The notes under the pieces were generated by a model. It was given only the letters and a program-made list of their open reading frames with translations. It was not told the DNA's origin and did not search any database. A stretch of DNA of 53,618 nucleotides from an uncultured archaeon (GTDB taxonomy: Archaea > Asgardarchaeota > Thorarchaeia > Thorarchaeales > Thorarchaeaceae), in contig CAYWJO010000012.1 of NCBI GenBank assembly GCA_964458565.1, positions 23,289 through 76,906 of the forward strand, read 5' to 3'. This document shows positions 1 through 10,458 of this stretch, in pieces. The translations under genes and the position numbers were made by a program. Each line of letters opens with the position of its first letter. Within the stretch, counting starts at the first letter, position 1.

Positions 1-1674
1 ATTATTGATACGCACTCTTTGAGGGGCTGGTTGCTAAGTTACATCGGGAGATTAGCAGATGCTGAGGATGCTCTATTGGAGGCTTTCGAGCTAGCCAAAA
101 GTCCTATTGGTAAGGAACTTGATCATCAATTATTCTACATGGCAAAAATTCAATTCGTTCTTGGTTACTTGTATCTTCGGTTGGGTGATCCCATTAGAGC
201 AGAATCATTATATAAGGACTCTATCAGTGATTTTGGAAATGCATATGAAATGGCAATAAAAAGGGGACTTACATTAGGTCGTACTTTTCTTAATTGGTCT
301 CTTGACTCATTCAGATATTATGGCGAATATCTACGTATCAGACACAGATTAGATGAAGCTCAGAAAATTTACTCTACTGCTCTCAAATTGATTAGTGATT
401 TTCCTAAGTCAGGATTTCCTTATACTCAAGAACAATTAGTTAATGATTTTCCTATTTATCTCGCAATGGTGAAGTTCCGTGCTGGCAAAATACAAGATGC
501 AATAGAAACATATTTGTCAGCAATTGAGAAGTTCTCAGATCCTCTTGTGAAGGTGATGGCTAAGATTAGTTTCGGTTGGGCTCTTTTCTTGAATGGCGAT
601 ATAATGAAGGCTGAGAGCACAATCCAAGATGGATTGAGAGAGCAAGAAGCCCTCTATAATAATGATCCTCCAATGTTTTGGTATTGGCTTGTAATAGGTC
701 TAATTAGACTCTGCACAATACTTAGATTGACAGGCCAATTTGAAGAAGCCGAAGAGATAATTCAAAAAGCAGTTGATCTCTCGAGGAAACATACTGAGAG
801 CGAGTCAACTCCCACGTTATTAGCATGGACTCTTGCTGACCTAGCTCTTATTTTGGGAAGCACAGGGAAACTCACTGAAGCAAATGAACTATATTGTGAA
901 TCTCTTGAGCTTTCCAGAAAAATTGTCAGCTTTGTATTTGATGGCAGATGGAGTGAAGAGCTAGCTCGAACTCTCAATAATCATGCAGTACTTCTCAGCA
1001 AGGAGAATAAGCAGCAAGAAGCAGAAAATGAATATCTGGAAGCTATTGCAATTGCCAAAGAACGTGCAGAAACTTTCCCAGAATCTGTTTTTCTGTCTGA
1101 TTTATATGGTACTATTCTTAATAATCTAGGAATTTTATTTAGGCAAACTCACAGAGAATCAAGGTCAAAAGAAATCCATGAAGAAGCAGTGCTCCTAAGA
1201 CGCAAGCTTGCGGAAAAATCTCCCACAATGTTCAGGTATCGTGTAGCTACCTCACTCAATAATTTTGGCGTACTGCTAGCTTACAATGGCAGTAGTTTAG
1301 AAGCGGAGGACTGTTTTAGAGAATCTATCGCAATAGGAACGGAGCTCGTTAAGGCATCTCCGGAAATCCACAGCTCGAGCTTAGCTTTAGTATTGAACAA
1401 TCTTGGTGTTTTACTTAGACAGACCAAGAGGATTGAAGAAGCTGAAATCGTCTATGAGGAAGCTATCGCCATCTGTGAGAATCTCTTCCTCAAAGCACCT
1501 GTCGTATATGGCGATGATCTGATACAGATTCTTGGTAATTATGCTATCCTTTGTTCAGAACGAGGTGACAATATGTCAAAGCTGCTTGACCGACTAGATG
1601 AACTAGGAGTTACGCAAATACCTAAAACTGAGGTGTGGCTAGAGGACGAAGAGGAAGATTTCGATCCCCTGTAG
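1..1674 (+). CDS. Tetratricopeptide-repeat (TPR) protein, 5'-truncated by the window edge
   Basis: Repeated 'LNNLG.L....EEAE..Y.EA' helical units in the C-terminal half. The frame is open back to base 1. Confidence 0.85.
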   Translation: MIDTHSLRGWLLSYIGRLADAEDALLEAFELAKSPIGKELDHQLFYMAKIQFVLGYLYLRLGDPIRAESLYKDSISDFGNAYEMAIKRGLTLGRTFLNWSLDSFRYYGEYLRIRHRLDEAQKIYSTALKLISDFPKSGFPYTQEQLVNDFPIYLAMVKFRAGKIQDAIETYLSAIEKFSDPLVKVMAKISFGWALFLNGDIMKAESTIQDGLREQEALYNNDPPMFWYWLVIGLIRLCTILRLTGQFEEAEEIIQKAVDLSRKHTESESTPTLLAWTLADLALILGSTGKLTEANELYCESLELSRKIVSFVFDGRWSEELARTLNNHAVLLSKENKQQEAENEYLEAIAIAKERAETFPESVFLSDLYGTILNNLGILFRQTHRESRSKEIHEEAVLLRRKLAEKSPTMFRYRVATSLNNFGVLLAYNGSSLEAEDCFRESIAIGTELVKASPEIHSSSLALVLNNLGVLLRQTKRIEEAEIVYEEAIAICENLFLKAPVVYGDDLIQILGNYAILCSERGDNMSKLLDRLDELGVTQIPKTEVWLEDEEEDFDPL

Positions 1675-1760
1675 GTAGCAATGCTAGTTAGTTACCATCC
1701 AGTTCTGGATGATAATAGGGTGCTATATCGATAACTAAACCAAAGATGGGTCTTCTTGTC

Positions 1761-2156
1761 TTAAGGTTTGTTTCGTATTATCAATACGCCCAAGACAATA
1801 ATTACAGTCACAGAACCTACAGTTATCAGAATACTGACCACTGTCCATATTTCTATAGTTTCTCTTTCTGTATGTGATTGTGATGGTGTAGATTCTGTAA
1901 TTATTGTAGACACTATGGTATTTTGAGTAGTCGTTAATATTGTTGATGAGGTTGAAGGAATGGATGTCTTCGCTGAACCAGTAGTTAGTTGTACATCATC
2001 TATATAGAACGTGCCAGGTTCTCCGTTTGAGATATGGTTGAAGATGTAAATCCTCGTGAACGTGACAGCACTTGAATTTGAAGGAGTACCGTAGCATGCG
2101 GTATAGTCAACGAGAAGGTTTCGATTCAATATAACTAAGCCAACCTTTTTGAGCAA
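1761..2156 (-). pseudogene. Probable C-terminal remnant of a membrane-anchored surface protein
   Basis: 'GTFYIDDVQLT' domain-end strand, a Ser/Thr-rich linker, a TM helix and a basic tail. There is no signal peptide or convincing start, and it abuts the upstream region of the next gene. Confidence 0.5.
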
Positions 2157-2186
2157 GATGCATCCTTATCGAAAGCCGTGATTACA

Positions 2187-3233
2187 ATGGTGAAGACTGA
2201 GACATTCAGGGGTAAAGATTTCATAACTCTACTCGATTATACAAAAGAGGAGGTCGAGACCCTCCTTGAAGTTGCTCTTGACCTGAAGCGTAAGTTTGCG
2301 ATGGGTGAGCCACACAAGCTCCTTGATGCTAAGACTCTCTTTATGATATTCTATAATCAGAGCTTAAGAACAAGGAACTCTTTCGAAGCTGGAATGACTC
2401 AACTTGGAGGACATGCACACTTTCTTGACCCAAGTAAAATATACGCTCCAGCGCTTGAAGGTGATGAGAAGGCTTACTCTACTGAACGCGTTTCAGATGT
2501 AGCTAGAGTTCTTGCTAGGATGGGACATGGTATAGCTATTCGATGTTATGGCGACCCCGTTGGTTGGATATATGGTCGTGCAAACGAGGTCATCAATAAC
2601 TTCGCTCATTGGTCCCATATTCCTGTCATCAACATGGAGGACGATAAATATCATCCATGTCAGGGTCTAGCTGATATAATGACCGTTAAGGAGAAGTTTG
2701 GTGGATTCAAAGGAGTCAAGTTCGTCATGTCTTGGGCATACTCCCCTTCAGTTCACAAACCACTTGCAGTTCCACAGAGTGCAGTGATTGCAGCTACCAA
2801 GATGGGTTGTGAAACTGTTCTCGCACATCCAAAGGGAATGGAACTTGACGATGAGGTCATCAAACAATGTAAGATCTATGCTGAGGAGAACGAATCAAGC
2901 TTCGACATTGTCTATGATATGGATGAAGCCTTTGAGGGTGCTCACGTAGTGTATCCAAAAGCATGGACCTGTCGCGATTTCATTCCACCCTGGAATGACA
3001 AACCGGAACTTGAAAAGAGTCAGGAGCTCTTTGATAAGAACAAGCATTGGATATGCGATGACGACAAGATGAAGATTGCAGGTCCAAAATCTATGTACAT
3101 GCATTGCTTACCTTGCGATCGTGGCTTTGAAGTAACAAACTCCGTTATAGATGGTCCACAGTCGATTGCTTTCGATCAGGCTGAAAATCGCCTGCATGCC
3201 CAGAAAGCTGTAATGGCTCTAACAATGAGATAA
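2187..3233 (+). CDS. Ornithine carbamoyltransferase-superfamily enzyme, YgeW/AOTCase-like branch
   Basis: SLRTR carbamoyl-phosphate motif, HPCQ, HCLP and FDQAENRLH. The 'SWAYSPSVHKPLAVPQ' loop resembles knotted transcarbamylases. Confidence 0.85.
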   Translation: MVKTETFRGKDFITLLDYTKEEVETLLEVALDLKRKFAMGEPHKLLDAKTLFMIFYNQSLRTRNSFEAGMTQLGGHAHFLDPSKIYAPALEGDEKAYSTERVSDVARVLARMGHGIAIRCYGDPVGWIYGRANEVINNFAHWSHIPVINMEDDKYHPCQGLADIMTVKEKFGGFKGVKFVMSWAYSPSVHKPLAVPQSAVIAATKMGCETVLAHPKGMELDDEVIKQCKIYAEENESSFDIVYDMDEAFEGAHVVYPKAWTCRDFIPPWNDKPELEKSQELFDKNKHWICDDDKMKIAGPKSMYMHCLPCDRGFEVTNSVIDGPQSIAFDQAENRLHAQKAVMALTMR

Positions 3234-3241
3234 TGGGTTTC

Positions 3242-3277
3242 GGGTAGGACTCTGGTTCTACCCAATCATACTTTTTT
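3242..3277 (+). terminator. Hairpin plus T-tract between convergent genes
   Basis: GGGTAGGA..TTCTACCC stem followed by CTTTTTT. Confidence 0.5.
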
Positions 3278-3288
3278 GCCTCATGAAA

Positions 3289-3594
3289 TTATCCCCTCAC
3301 TCCAGAGTGTCCAGAACTTCCTACTTCATCTGATTTTAAGAGTTTCTTGAACTTGTCAACAAGTTCATCAAGAAATGATGGTTCTGGAGCCTCTGAGGCA
3401 AGGATCAATTCTGCTATCTCTTTATCTAAAGCTTTGATTGCCTTATCTGCAGCGTCGAATATTTTCTTCGCTTCATTGTATTCATCACTTCCATCTGGAT
3501 TGATTACTCTAGGTGCATATTTGTTGAAAATCGCTTTCTGCTCATTGAGCATTTCGTTTAACATATCCAATGCCCATTTTGTGTGTTCATCCAT
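3289..3594 (-). CDS. Hypothetical helical/coiled-coil protein
   Basis: 101-aa ORF with ATG start and charged helical composition. Confidence 0.65.
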   Translation of the reverse strand: MDEHTKWALDMLNEMLNEQKAIFNKYAPRVINPDGSDEYNEAKKIFDAADKAIKALDKEIAELILASEAPEPSFLDELVDKFKKLLKSDEVGSSGHSGVRG

Positions 3595-3735
3595 GGATTA
3601 TTCCCAATTTGTGCTGAGAAAGAAGGTGTATATTTGTTTTGACATTTACTTGGGTCTCGCTGGGATATTTGTGTCACAAGTTTTTTTTAACTGCCCCTTG
3701 GCACATATACACAAGTGTTCGCTTGAGGAGAGATT

Positions 3736-3906
3736 ATGAAACGGGCAGCTTGCGTACTTCTATCTATTATGTTGTGCTGTCCATCGTCGCTACTCCTAGC
3801 TTCAGCTCAAACATCTCAGGGCTTTTCCTGGGGAATTTCTCTAGGTGAGAGATTTGACATTAGGATGGCTCATATTTTAGCTGGAGACTGCCTCAGAAGG
3901 CAGTGA
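3736..3906 (+). pseudogene. Truncated paralog of the downstream surface protein
   Basis: GAGGAG SD then MKRAACVLLSIMLCCPSSLLLASAQTSQGFSWGISLGERFDI, which aligns with the next gene's MQRKLLAILLLTFTCC...ATSQNLEWGIEIGDRFDF and then stops at 56 aa. Confidence 0.7.
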
Positions 3907-4168
3907 TGGCTCTTACATTGCGATAAGATTCATTGAGGTAGACCAGTAGTTCTACCCTTTTCTTTTTTCAATCTAATTCGTCATGCGAACCTGCAAGTAT
4001 GATTATAATCCAGAAAAGCTGATTATTCAATTTTCTGAATTATATGTATCAGTCTTCTGTGGAGAGTCTTTCCTGTCGGATAGGATAGTTTTAGAAGGAT
4101 CACAAAGAAGGGAACCTTTTTCTAGACGCTCTACTGATTTTTTCCTAACCAACTTTTGGAGAGATCTC

Positions 4169-5422
4169 ATGCAACGAAAACTATTGGCTATACTACTATT
4201 AACATTCACATGCTGTATGAACATTCCAACTAGCTTGGCTGCTACATCACAGAATCTTGAATGGGGGATTGAAATCGGAGATAGATTCGATTTCCTTTTA
4301 GTTCTTGAAGTATCAGGCCTATCTCAACTTGAAGAACCCTTTTACTTGAATGTGACAGATATCGATATACTTGAGGATCCGATTACAAGCTTCTGGGACA
4401 TCGGAAATGTATCATTTGGTGGATATTGGACAAATGATACTTCAATGAGTACTATCATATCTGTCTTTGATTATGCTCCGAGGGTCGCTGTTCCAGTTGG
4501 CAATTGGAACCTGTTGTCACAACTAGCTGAGAATATTACAACTATCCTATATACCCCAAATTCAGTAGAAGTGAATATTGATGATATGTATCAATGGGGA
4601 TTTAGCTATACCTTGAATATGTTTGGGTTTGATTTGGAGATTGATGTCATCTTCTCAAAGAAGGATGGTTTTCTTGCAAGTTTGAATCTCTCAGCATATG
4701 ATACATCTCTAGAAAGTTATACTGGTGGTTTCTCGATCTATCGTGATGGTGTACTTCCGGTTATTAATCACCCCACTGACATCACTCTTGAAGAAGGTAC
4801 AAACGGCCAATCCATTGTGTGGAACGGAAGTGATCTCAATCCTGGTGCTTATGACATATTTGTGACAAATGTTACTGGAACTTACTTGATTACTCAAAAT
4901 CTCTGGAACTCATCGGATGAGCAATTCTCTTTGTCGCTTGATGGCTTAAGATACGGGGTTCATGCCTTTAGTATTGTTCTACATGAGGTGAGTGGTCTGA
5001 CAAGTTACGATACGGTCATTGTAAATGTCACTGATAATGCAGTCCCGCAAATCTCACAGCCCGATGATATAGAATACATTATGGGCGAAACTGGAAACAA
5101 TCTCACTTGGATCATAGAAGATGCGAATCCTCGACGCTATTCTGTGTACGCTGATGATACACTGATTGGATCTGGTAACTGGGGTGCAACAGTCGCTTCG
5201 ATTGAACTTAATCTCGATGAACTTCCTATCGGAGTGTATACATACAACATCACGGTGGAAGATTTAGCTGGAAATATTGCTAGTGATATCGTTATTGTGA
5301 CAGTACACCCTGATTTTATCACTGCATATTTACCTATCATATTGTCTGTACTTGGCTCTATAGGACTAATTGGTATGGGATTCTATTTCTATAAGCAGCG
5401 GAAGAGCAAATCGGAAAATTGA
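4169..5422 (+). CDS. Membrane-anchored surface protein with two Ig-like beta-sandwich repeats
   Basis: Signal peptide from ATG 4169, two repeats 'P.I..P.DI...G..G..I.W...D.NP..Y', and a C-terminal TM plus basic tail. Confidence 0.8.
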   Translation: MQRKLLAILLLTFTCCMNIPTSLAATSQNLEWGIEIGDRFDFLLVLEVSGLSQLEEPFYLNVTDIDILEDPITSFWDIGNVSFGGYWTNDTSMSTIISVFDYAPRVAVPVGNWNLLSQLAENITTILYTPNSVEVNIDDMYQWGFSYTLNMFGFDLEIDVIFSKKDGFLASLNLSAYDTSLESYTGGFSIYRDGVLPVINHPTDITLEEGTNGQSIVWNGSDLNPGAYDIFVTNVTGTYLITQNLWNSSDEQFSLSLDGLRYGVHAFSIVLHEVSGLTSYDTVIVNVTDNAVPQISQPDDIEYIMGETGNNLTWIIEDANPRRYSVYADDTLIGSGNWGATVASIELNLDELPIGVYTYNITVEDLAGNIASDIVIVTVHPDFITAYLPIILSVLGSIGLIGMGFYFYKQRKSKSEN

Positions 5423-5569
5423 GTGCTTTTTCCTAATCTTAGAGAATTGCCCTACCTCTCTCGATAAGAGTGAATGAATGATAAACCATCTCACTCATAG
5501 TTTTATACCATCAATTAATGAAATATGGCTATACACAAATATGCAATAGAAATAATCGGAGGTTAAAGA

Positions 5570-6169
5570 TTGGATGATGCAATAGAGCTGATGGTTGAAT
5601 ATCTTGTGTGCCTTCAGTTCTATGACGATGAGGACGAGTCACTTTACAGTAGAGATAAGAAAATCAAGATCAAAATACCTGGTATCCGTCCTATTATCAA
5701 ATCCTTCATTGATGACTTTCTTAGCTGCATTGACTTAGTATCGCACAAGGCCTATAGGGACTACCTTGAGAGATTGGTTCCAAAACTAGGATTCGATATT
5801 ACTAACGTGTGGACTGAATTCAATAATAACATCAACGAGCTTCCTCAAAATGAACTTACTCCTGAACTTGTCGTAAATTTTCTAATCGGTCCTATACGAT
5901 CGAATCTTCAGAATTCTGCGTTCTCGCAATTAATGACTCATGTGAAAGCAATGGCATTAGCTCGGTTACCGGATTCTTCGCACGCAGCATCCATTGATTC
6001 GAAGATTGGCGACGCCTTCTCCAGAAATGATGATTCTGTTTCTATTCTTTATAATCTTGGATTCCTACGGTTTCTTGTCATTAAATACGGCGATGACATA
6101 CTTCTTGATTCAGTTAACGAACTTGTATCTAATTACTCTATGAAATTAGTTACGAGACTGATACCATGA
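5570..6169 (+). CDS. Hypothetical protein
   Basis: 199-aa ORF with GGAGGT SD before a TTG start. Confidence 0.7.
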   Translation: MDDAIELMVEYLVCLQFYDDEDESLYSRDKKIKIKIPGIRPIIKSFIDDFLSCIDLVSHKAYRDYLERLVPKLGFDITNVWTEFNNNINELPQNELTPELVVNFLIGPIRSNLQNSAFSQLMTHVKAMALARLPDSSHAASIDSKIGDAFSRNDDSVSILYNLGFLRFLVIKYGDDILLDSVNELVSNYSMKLVTRLIP

Positions 6170-6185
6170 TTGAAGAATGAGAAGG

Positions 6186-6211
6186 ATCGGGGATTCCTGA
6201 AAATCCCCGAT
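6186..6211. terminator. Perfect 10-bp hairpin after the 5570-6169 gene
   Basis: ATCGGGGATT-6nt-AATCCCCGAT. Confidence 0.5.
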
Positions 6212-6452
6212 GAACACAAGGGATTGATTACGAAAGGCTTTTGAAAATAAGATATTTCGAGGAGTTTTCGGAACATCTTGTATTTCTAATCCGTAGAATA
6301 TACGATTACGAACATTATTAACCAATATTTTCGACGCATTGTGTTTCTTTTATTCGAATCTGATTGCGTTGATTTTGGAGTTCTTGGATATTATCCTAGT
6401 TTATATTGGAATAAAAATACACATTTAACAGAAATCATTAATCCGAACTAGG

Positions 6453-6486
6453 TTTAAATAATATATATTATAGATTAATATATATT
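6453..6486 (+). promoter_or_regulatory. TATA-like box with adjacent 11-bp inverted repeat (candidate operator)
   Basis: TTTAAATA followed by AATATATATTA-TAGAT-TAATATATATT. The low complexity weakens the call. Confidence 0.3.
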
Positions 6487-6532
6487 GGTTAGTTATGTGC
6501 GTGAATATACAGAAACGCCGGGGTCGTGTCAT

Positions 6533-6772
6533 ATGGTTAATGAGCTCAACTCGAGTGGAATCGGTGGGAAAGTCTTTCTCAAAATTCGCCATGCCGCCTT
6601 AGAGAAAGCTGCAACTGCTATTAAACAGGAACGATTTGCTTTAGATAAAAGATTAGACAAAGGGCAAATTTCGAAGTCAGAGTATCAAAAAGACTTGATG
6701 AACCTCATCGTTAAGGGCAATAAGCTTCGGAATGAACGTCAGGAAATCGAAGAATCAATGAATGGTCATTGA
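6533..6772 (+). CDS. Small hypothetical helical protein
   Basis: 79-aa ORF from ATG 6533 with coiled-coil-like composition. Confidence 0.6.
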   Translation: MVNELNSSGIGGKVFLKIRHAALEKAATAIKQERFALDKRLDKGQISKSEYQKDLMNLIVKGNKLRNERQEIEESMNGH

Positions 6773-6836
6773 ATCGATTATTTTTTTCAGATTATCTTCA
6801 TGGTGACCTTATTAGGAGTAACCATCACCTGAATAT

Positions 6837-7418
6837 ATGACTCAGCCTCAATTATTTCTGACTAGGAAAAATACCCACCTACGAGTCATGGATTCGTACT
6901 ATAATAATTTTGATTCTGACGATCTCTGGGTAAGAATCAATGATAAATCCACATACCTTTTCATCCGAACACCTATGATGTTCGAATTAGCGCGACGTAA
7001 TGATATTCGAATCATGGATTTCTGTGAGGAGTTATTAAAATCAGGAGATGTTGAGGAATGGTTTGTTGCACTGCGTGTTTTTTCGTCTATGGGCAACGAC
7101 TCAGCTTGTCAGAGACTCATCGACCTTTATATAGCATCTCCCCCTCATAGACGAGGCTATATTGCGATACATACGGCAATGACAACTGGTCCATGCTTCG
7201 AGAAGGATTTCAATAGAATCGCAGTAAGTATGGCGGCCGCAGGAACTCTTGATGTGAGTGGTTGGACTGATACTGCACTATCTTGCTTGAAATCATCATG
7301 TAAACGAATCGGGATTGAGATGATAGAACTTAAGGGAGATGAATCGATGAGCACCTTTTCTAATGAGATTTATGATGAATCTCCTGTTTTATTTGCATCA
7401 CAAAAGCAAACGACATGA
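6837..7418 (+). CDS. Hypothetical protein, possibly HEAT-like helical repeats
   Basis: 193-aa ORF; 'WFVALRVFSSMGNDSACQRLIDL' is HEAT-like. Confidence 0.6.
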   Translation: MTQPQLFLTRKNTHLRVMDSYYNNFDSDDLWVRINDKSTYLFIRTPMMFELARRNDIRIMDFCEELLKSGDVEEWFVALRVFSSMGNDSACQRLIDLYIASPPHRRGYIAIHTAMTTGPCFEKDFNRIAVSMAAAGTLDVSGWTDTALSCLKSSCKRIGIEMIELKGDESMSTFSNEIYDESPVLFASQKQTT

Positions 7419-7490
7419 TTCTAGTTTTGCTTGTCACTCCCGATAGACCTAAATCTGAATCTATCAGTCTGTTTTGACCGAGTGGAAAAA

Positions 7491-8522
7491 ATGAAGAGCC
7501 TATATGGAAAAGACCTTCTCTGTACTCAAGATTGGAGTGTTCCAGAGCTAGAGCGAACACTTGAGCTTGCATTTGAAATGAAAGCAAAACGCTATGATCA
7601 CAGGCTGAATAATTGTCTTGATCGCCGAACGTTTTTCATGTTCTTTTACAATCCAAGTGTCCGTACAAGACAATCCTTTGAATGTGCTGCAACTGAGCTT
7701 GGAGGCCATGCACAATTCTTAGAACCAAAGTCAATGCGGCTTAAGTCTGCTAAGACTGCAGGAGAAACTATACAAGATGCCTCAGAAGTGATGAGTCGCT
7801 ATGCATCCGGCATAGGTATACGAGTCTTGGAAACTGCATTGGAATATTATGGACAAGGGCAAGAGATGCTTGAAGAGTATGCGAAGTATGCGAGTGTTCC
7901 CATAATTTCTATGGCTCATGATATGTATCATCCTTGTCAAGGACTGGCTGATGTTATGGGATATCAGATGCATGCCGGTAAAAACTTGAAAGGTAAGAAA
8001 TTCGTACAGGTTTGGGGTAAAGGCGAACTTGTTAGGTCTTGGTGTTCGGTTCAAGAGAGCATTCTAATCAATACCCGAATGGGTGCTGATGTGACTTTGG
8101 CTTATCCTGAAGGTTATGATTTGGATCCTAACGTCTACAAGATGTGTGAGGACAATATCGAACAATCTGGTGGGAATTTCGAGATCGTTCATGACCTTGA
8201 AGAAGCTTATGCTGGCGCTGATATTGTTTACTCACGAAACTGGATGACATCTGGTTTCTATGGTATGGCACAGAAGGACGGAGCCGATGCTGCTAAGAAA
8301 AAAGAAATTGAAATTGCTGCCAAGTATGATAACTGGATAACAACAAAGGATTGGATGGCTAAGACAAATGATGCTTTCTTCACACATTGTGGTCCTGTAG
8401 ATAGAAATGCAGAGGTCACTGATGAGGTATGTGATGGCCCAAGATCGATTGTCTATGACGTAGCTGAGAATCGATTGCATGTTCAAAAAGCTATAATGGC
8501 TCTCACGATGTCGCGGATTTAA
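7491..8522 (+). CDS. Second ornithine carbamoyltransferase-superfamily enzyme (divergent)
   Basis: SVRTR, HPCQ, HCGP (for canonical HCLP) and YDVAENRLH. Confidence 0.85.
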   Translation: MKSLYGKDLLCTQDWSVPELERTLELAFEMKAKRYDHRLNNCLDRRTFFMFFYNPSVRTRQSFECAATELGGHAQFLEPKSMRLKSAKTAGETIQDASEVMSRYASGIGIRVLETALEYYGQGQEMLEEYAKYASVPIISMAHDMYHPCQGLADVMGYQMHAGKNLKGKKFVQVWGKGELVRSWCSVQESILINTRMGADVTLAYPEGYDLDPNVYKMCEDNIEQSGGNFEIVHDLEEAYAGADIVYSRNWMTSGFYGMAQKDGADAAKKKEIEIAAKYDNWITTKDWMAKTNDAFFTHCGPVDRNAEVTDEVCDGPRSIVYDVAENRLHVQKAIMALTMSRI

Positions 8523-8531
8523 TTCTTTTAT

Positions 8532-8559
8532 GTAGGGGTTATATAGCTCTAGCCCCTAC
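8532..8559. terminator. Hairpin between convergent genes
   Basis: GTAGGGG...CCCCTAC inverted repeat. Confidence 0.45.
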
Positions 8560-9429
8560 TCATAGTTTTGTTTTCAAATAGGGAATTATTTCTCTCAGAA
8601 CCTCCAACTGATATTTGGAGTGAGGTATTTTATTTTCTTCAAATCGTGGAACCATCCAATTTTCGTACCAATCCATGAGAATTATGAGTGCATTGAAAAT
8701 CTCCATAGCCTCACCGACCCGTGAATCTCTATAAAATGTGAGCACCTCTGATGGAAATCTTTGCTCAGCTCTTCTTGGTCCTTCATCTCTTTGACCTAGT
8801 AACCATCCACTGACTTTTAACATCTGACTTCTAATCCAATCGAATCCATCCATAGCAGTGATGTACTCTCCTCTTACAACAGACGCGGTGGCTAAATAGA
8901 ACATTGTCGGCAGGAAGGTTGCACTATTTCCGACCCATGAGAGAATGTCCTCAATCTTGAAAGACATCTTATTCGTTTCTTCTTTGATTGATTCACCGAG
9001 TCCGCTACGATCAAAGAGAATCTTTGCATCAGCATATCTCCAATTTACTTTTGCTTCTTCACCTGTTCTCACGATGAGCTCGAGTTTTACAAGAGGTTTT
9101 ATGAAAATAATCCGGTTAGTAAATCCTGAAGTGTAATAGTACAAGACGTCGGTAGATTTCTCGATTTTATTGAGAATTGCATCTCTCAATACTTCGGAGT
9201 GTTCAGGCTTTTCCTCATGCACTACAACTAAATCGATATCTGAAAAGATATCTCCCTCTCCTTTACCAAGTGAGCCAGTTACCAAAATACTCTCAATTTC
9301 TGATATATCTTTAATAATCTCAACAACATTGCTGATAATTACTTCATGATGAGCTGTCGATTTTATGTCCGTTAGAAAAACCTTCAATTCTTCAATAGTT
9401 GGATATCTTTCAGGATACATCTTAAACAT
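8560..9429 (-). CDS. Pol-beta-family nucleotidyltransferase (LinB/ANT(6)-like architecture)
   Basis: GSLGKGEGDIFSDIDL catalytic motif plus a helical C-terminal domain. Confidence 0.8.
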   Translation of the reverse strand: MFKMYPERYPTIEELKVFLTDIKSTAHHEVIISNVVEIIKDISEIESILVTGSLGKGEGDIFSDIDLVVVHEEKPEHSEVLRDAILNKIEKSTDVLYYYTSGFTNRIIFIKPLVKLELIVRTGEEAKVNWRYADAKILFDRSGLGESIKEETNKMSFKIEDILSWVGNSATFLPTMFYLATASVVRGEYITAMDGFDWIRSQMLKVSGWLLGQRDEGPRRAEQRFPSEVLTFYRDSRVGEAMEIFNALIILMDWYENWMVPRFEENKIPHSKYQLEVLREIIPYLKTKL

Positions 9430-9505
9430 CGTTTTCCCTCCTTCTATCTCTACAAGGTGCGAAATCTTAAGTATGTATTAAATTCGTCGTATCCATATAT
9501 TGACC

Positions 9506-10390
9506 TTATTGAGTTCTTTTCAGAAATTCTTTTTGTAGCATTCCTAATAGAAGTCTGATTAATGGGATTTGTTCAACTGCTGTTTTTATTGAGTGCTCAT
9601 TGAACCAAGGAACAAGCCAATCCATATACCAACCTATTGCTGTACTAATGGAATTCCAAATATCCGCTACATCAGTTGATTGCATACTCCAATAGAAATC
9701 AATTATTGGTCTGGGAAATCTCTGTTCTGCCCTCCTTGGTCCTTCATCCCATTGACTAAGAAACCAACTACTTGTCTGGAGTAATTTTGATCTCACCCAT
9801 TGAATATCCTCAAGTGCTGTAATCCATTCTCCCCTGACAAGATGTCCTGCTGTAATGTAACAGAATGCGGGAAATGCAACTGCAGTATTTCTTATATCCT
9901 CTAACACCGAATCTAACTTAAACTCGCCATCTGATATAAGAAGAATGTGATTCATGACGCCTTTGGGATCGTATAGAATCTTTATTTTCTCAGGCTGCCA
10001 ACTCCTAGCTTCTTTCAGAGTTTTAACATTCAATTCGAATTTTATGAACGGTTTGAAGAAAATGATTCTTGAATTCAAATCGTATGTTGAAGTAAAAAAA
10101 TGCACAACATCCCCAATATTAGAAATTTTCTTCATGAATCCATTTCGAATTAATACTGATTCATTTTCGGACTTATCATGTAGGATGTAGAAATCAATAT
10201 CAGAAAATGCATCTCCAGTCTTATTTGCCAGAGAGCCTCTGAGAACTATTGCTTTAACACCTGGAATTTTCTTGGTTATGTTCACTGCTCTTTCGACAAT
10301 CCCGTCGTGCCACTTAGTTGAATCGAGATTACTCATCAGGTCGTCAATCTCATTGTCGGATGGCAAATTGCCTAGATATGCATCTTGCAT
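9506..10390 (-). CDS. Pol-beta-family nucleotidyltransferase, tandem paralog
   Basis: GSLANKTGDAFSDIDF; shares DEGPRRAEQRFP with its neighbour. Confidence 0.8.
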   Translation of the reverse strand: MQDAYLGNLPSDNEIDDLMSNLDSTKWHDGIVERAVNITKKIPGVKAIVLRGSLANKTGDAFSDIDFYILHDKSENESVLIRNGFMKKISNIGDVVHFFTSTYDLNSRIIFFKPFIKFELNVKTLKEARSWQPEKIKILYDPKGVMNHILLISDGEFKLDSVLEDIRNTAVAFPAFCYITAGHLVRGEWITALEDIQWVRSKLLQTSSWFLSQWDEGPRRAEQRFPRPIIDFYWSMQSTDVADIWNSISTAIGWYMDWLVPWFNEHSIKTAVEQIPLIRLLLGMLQKEFLKRTQ

Positions 10391-10458
10391 TGAATGGCCT
10401 CTCGCTTTGGTTAGCTGCTACAAATTATTGGAGCTCATTTTTATGTATGCCATGATTT

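Noticed and set aside
3983-4168. N-terminal extension of the 479-aa ORF
   Set aside because: The signal peptide begins at ATG 4169, and the upstream part looks non-coding.
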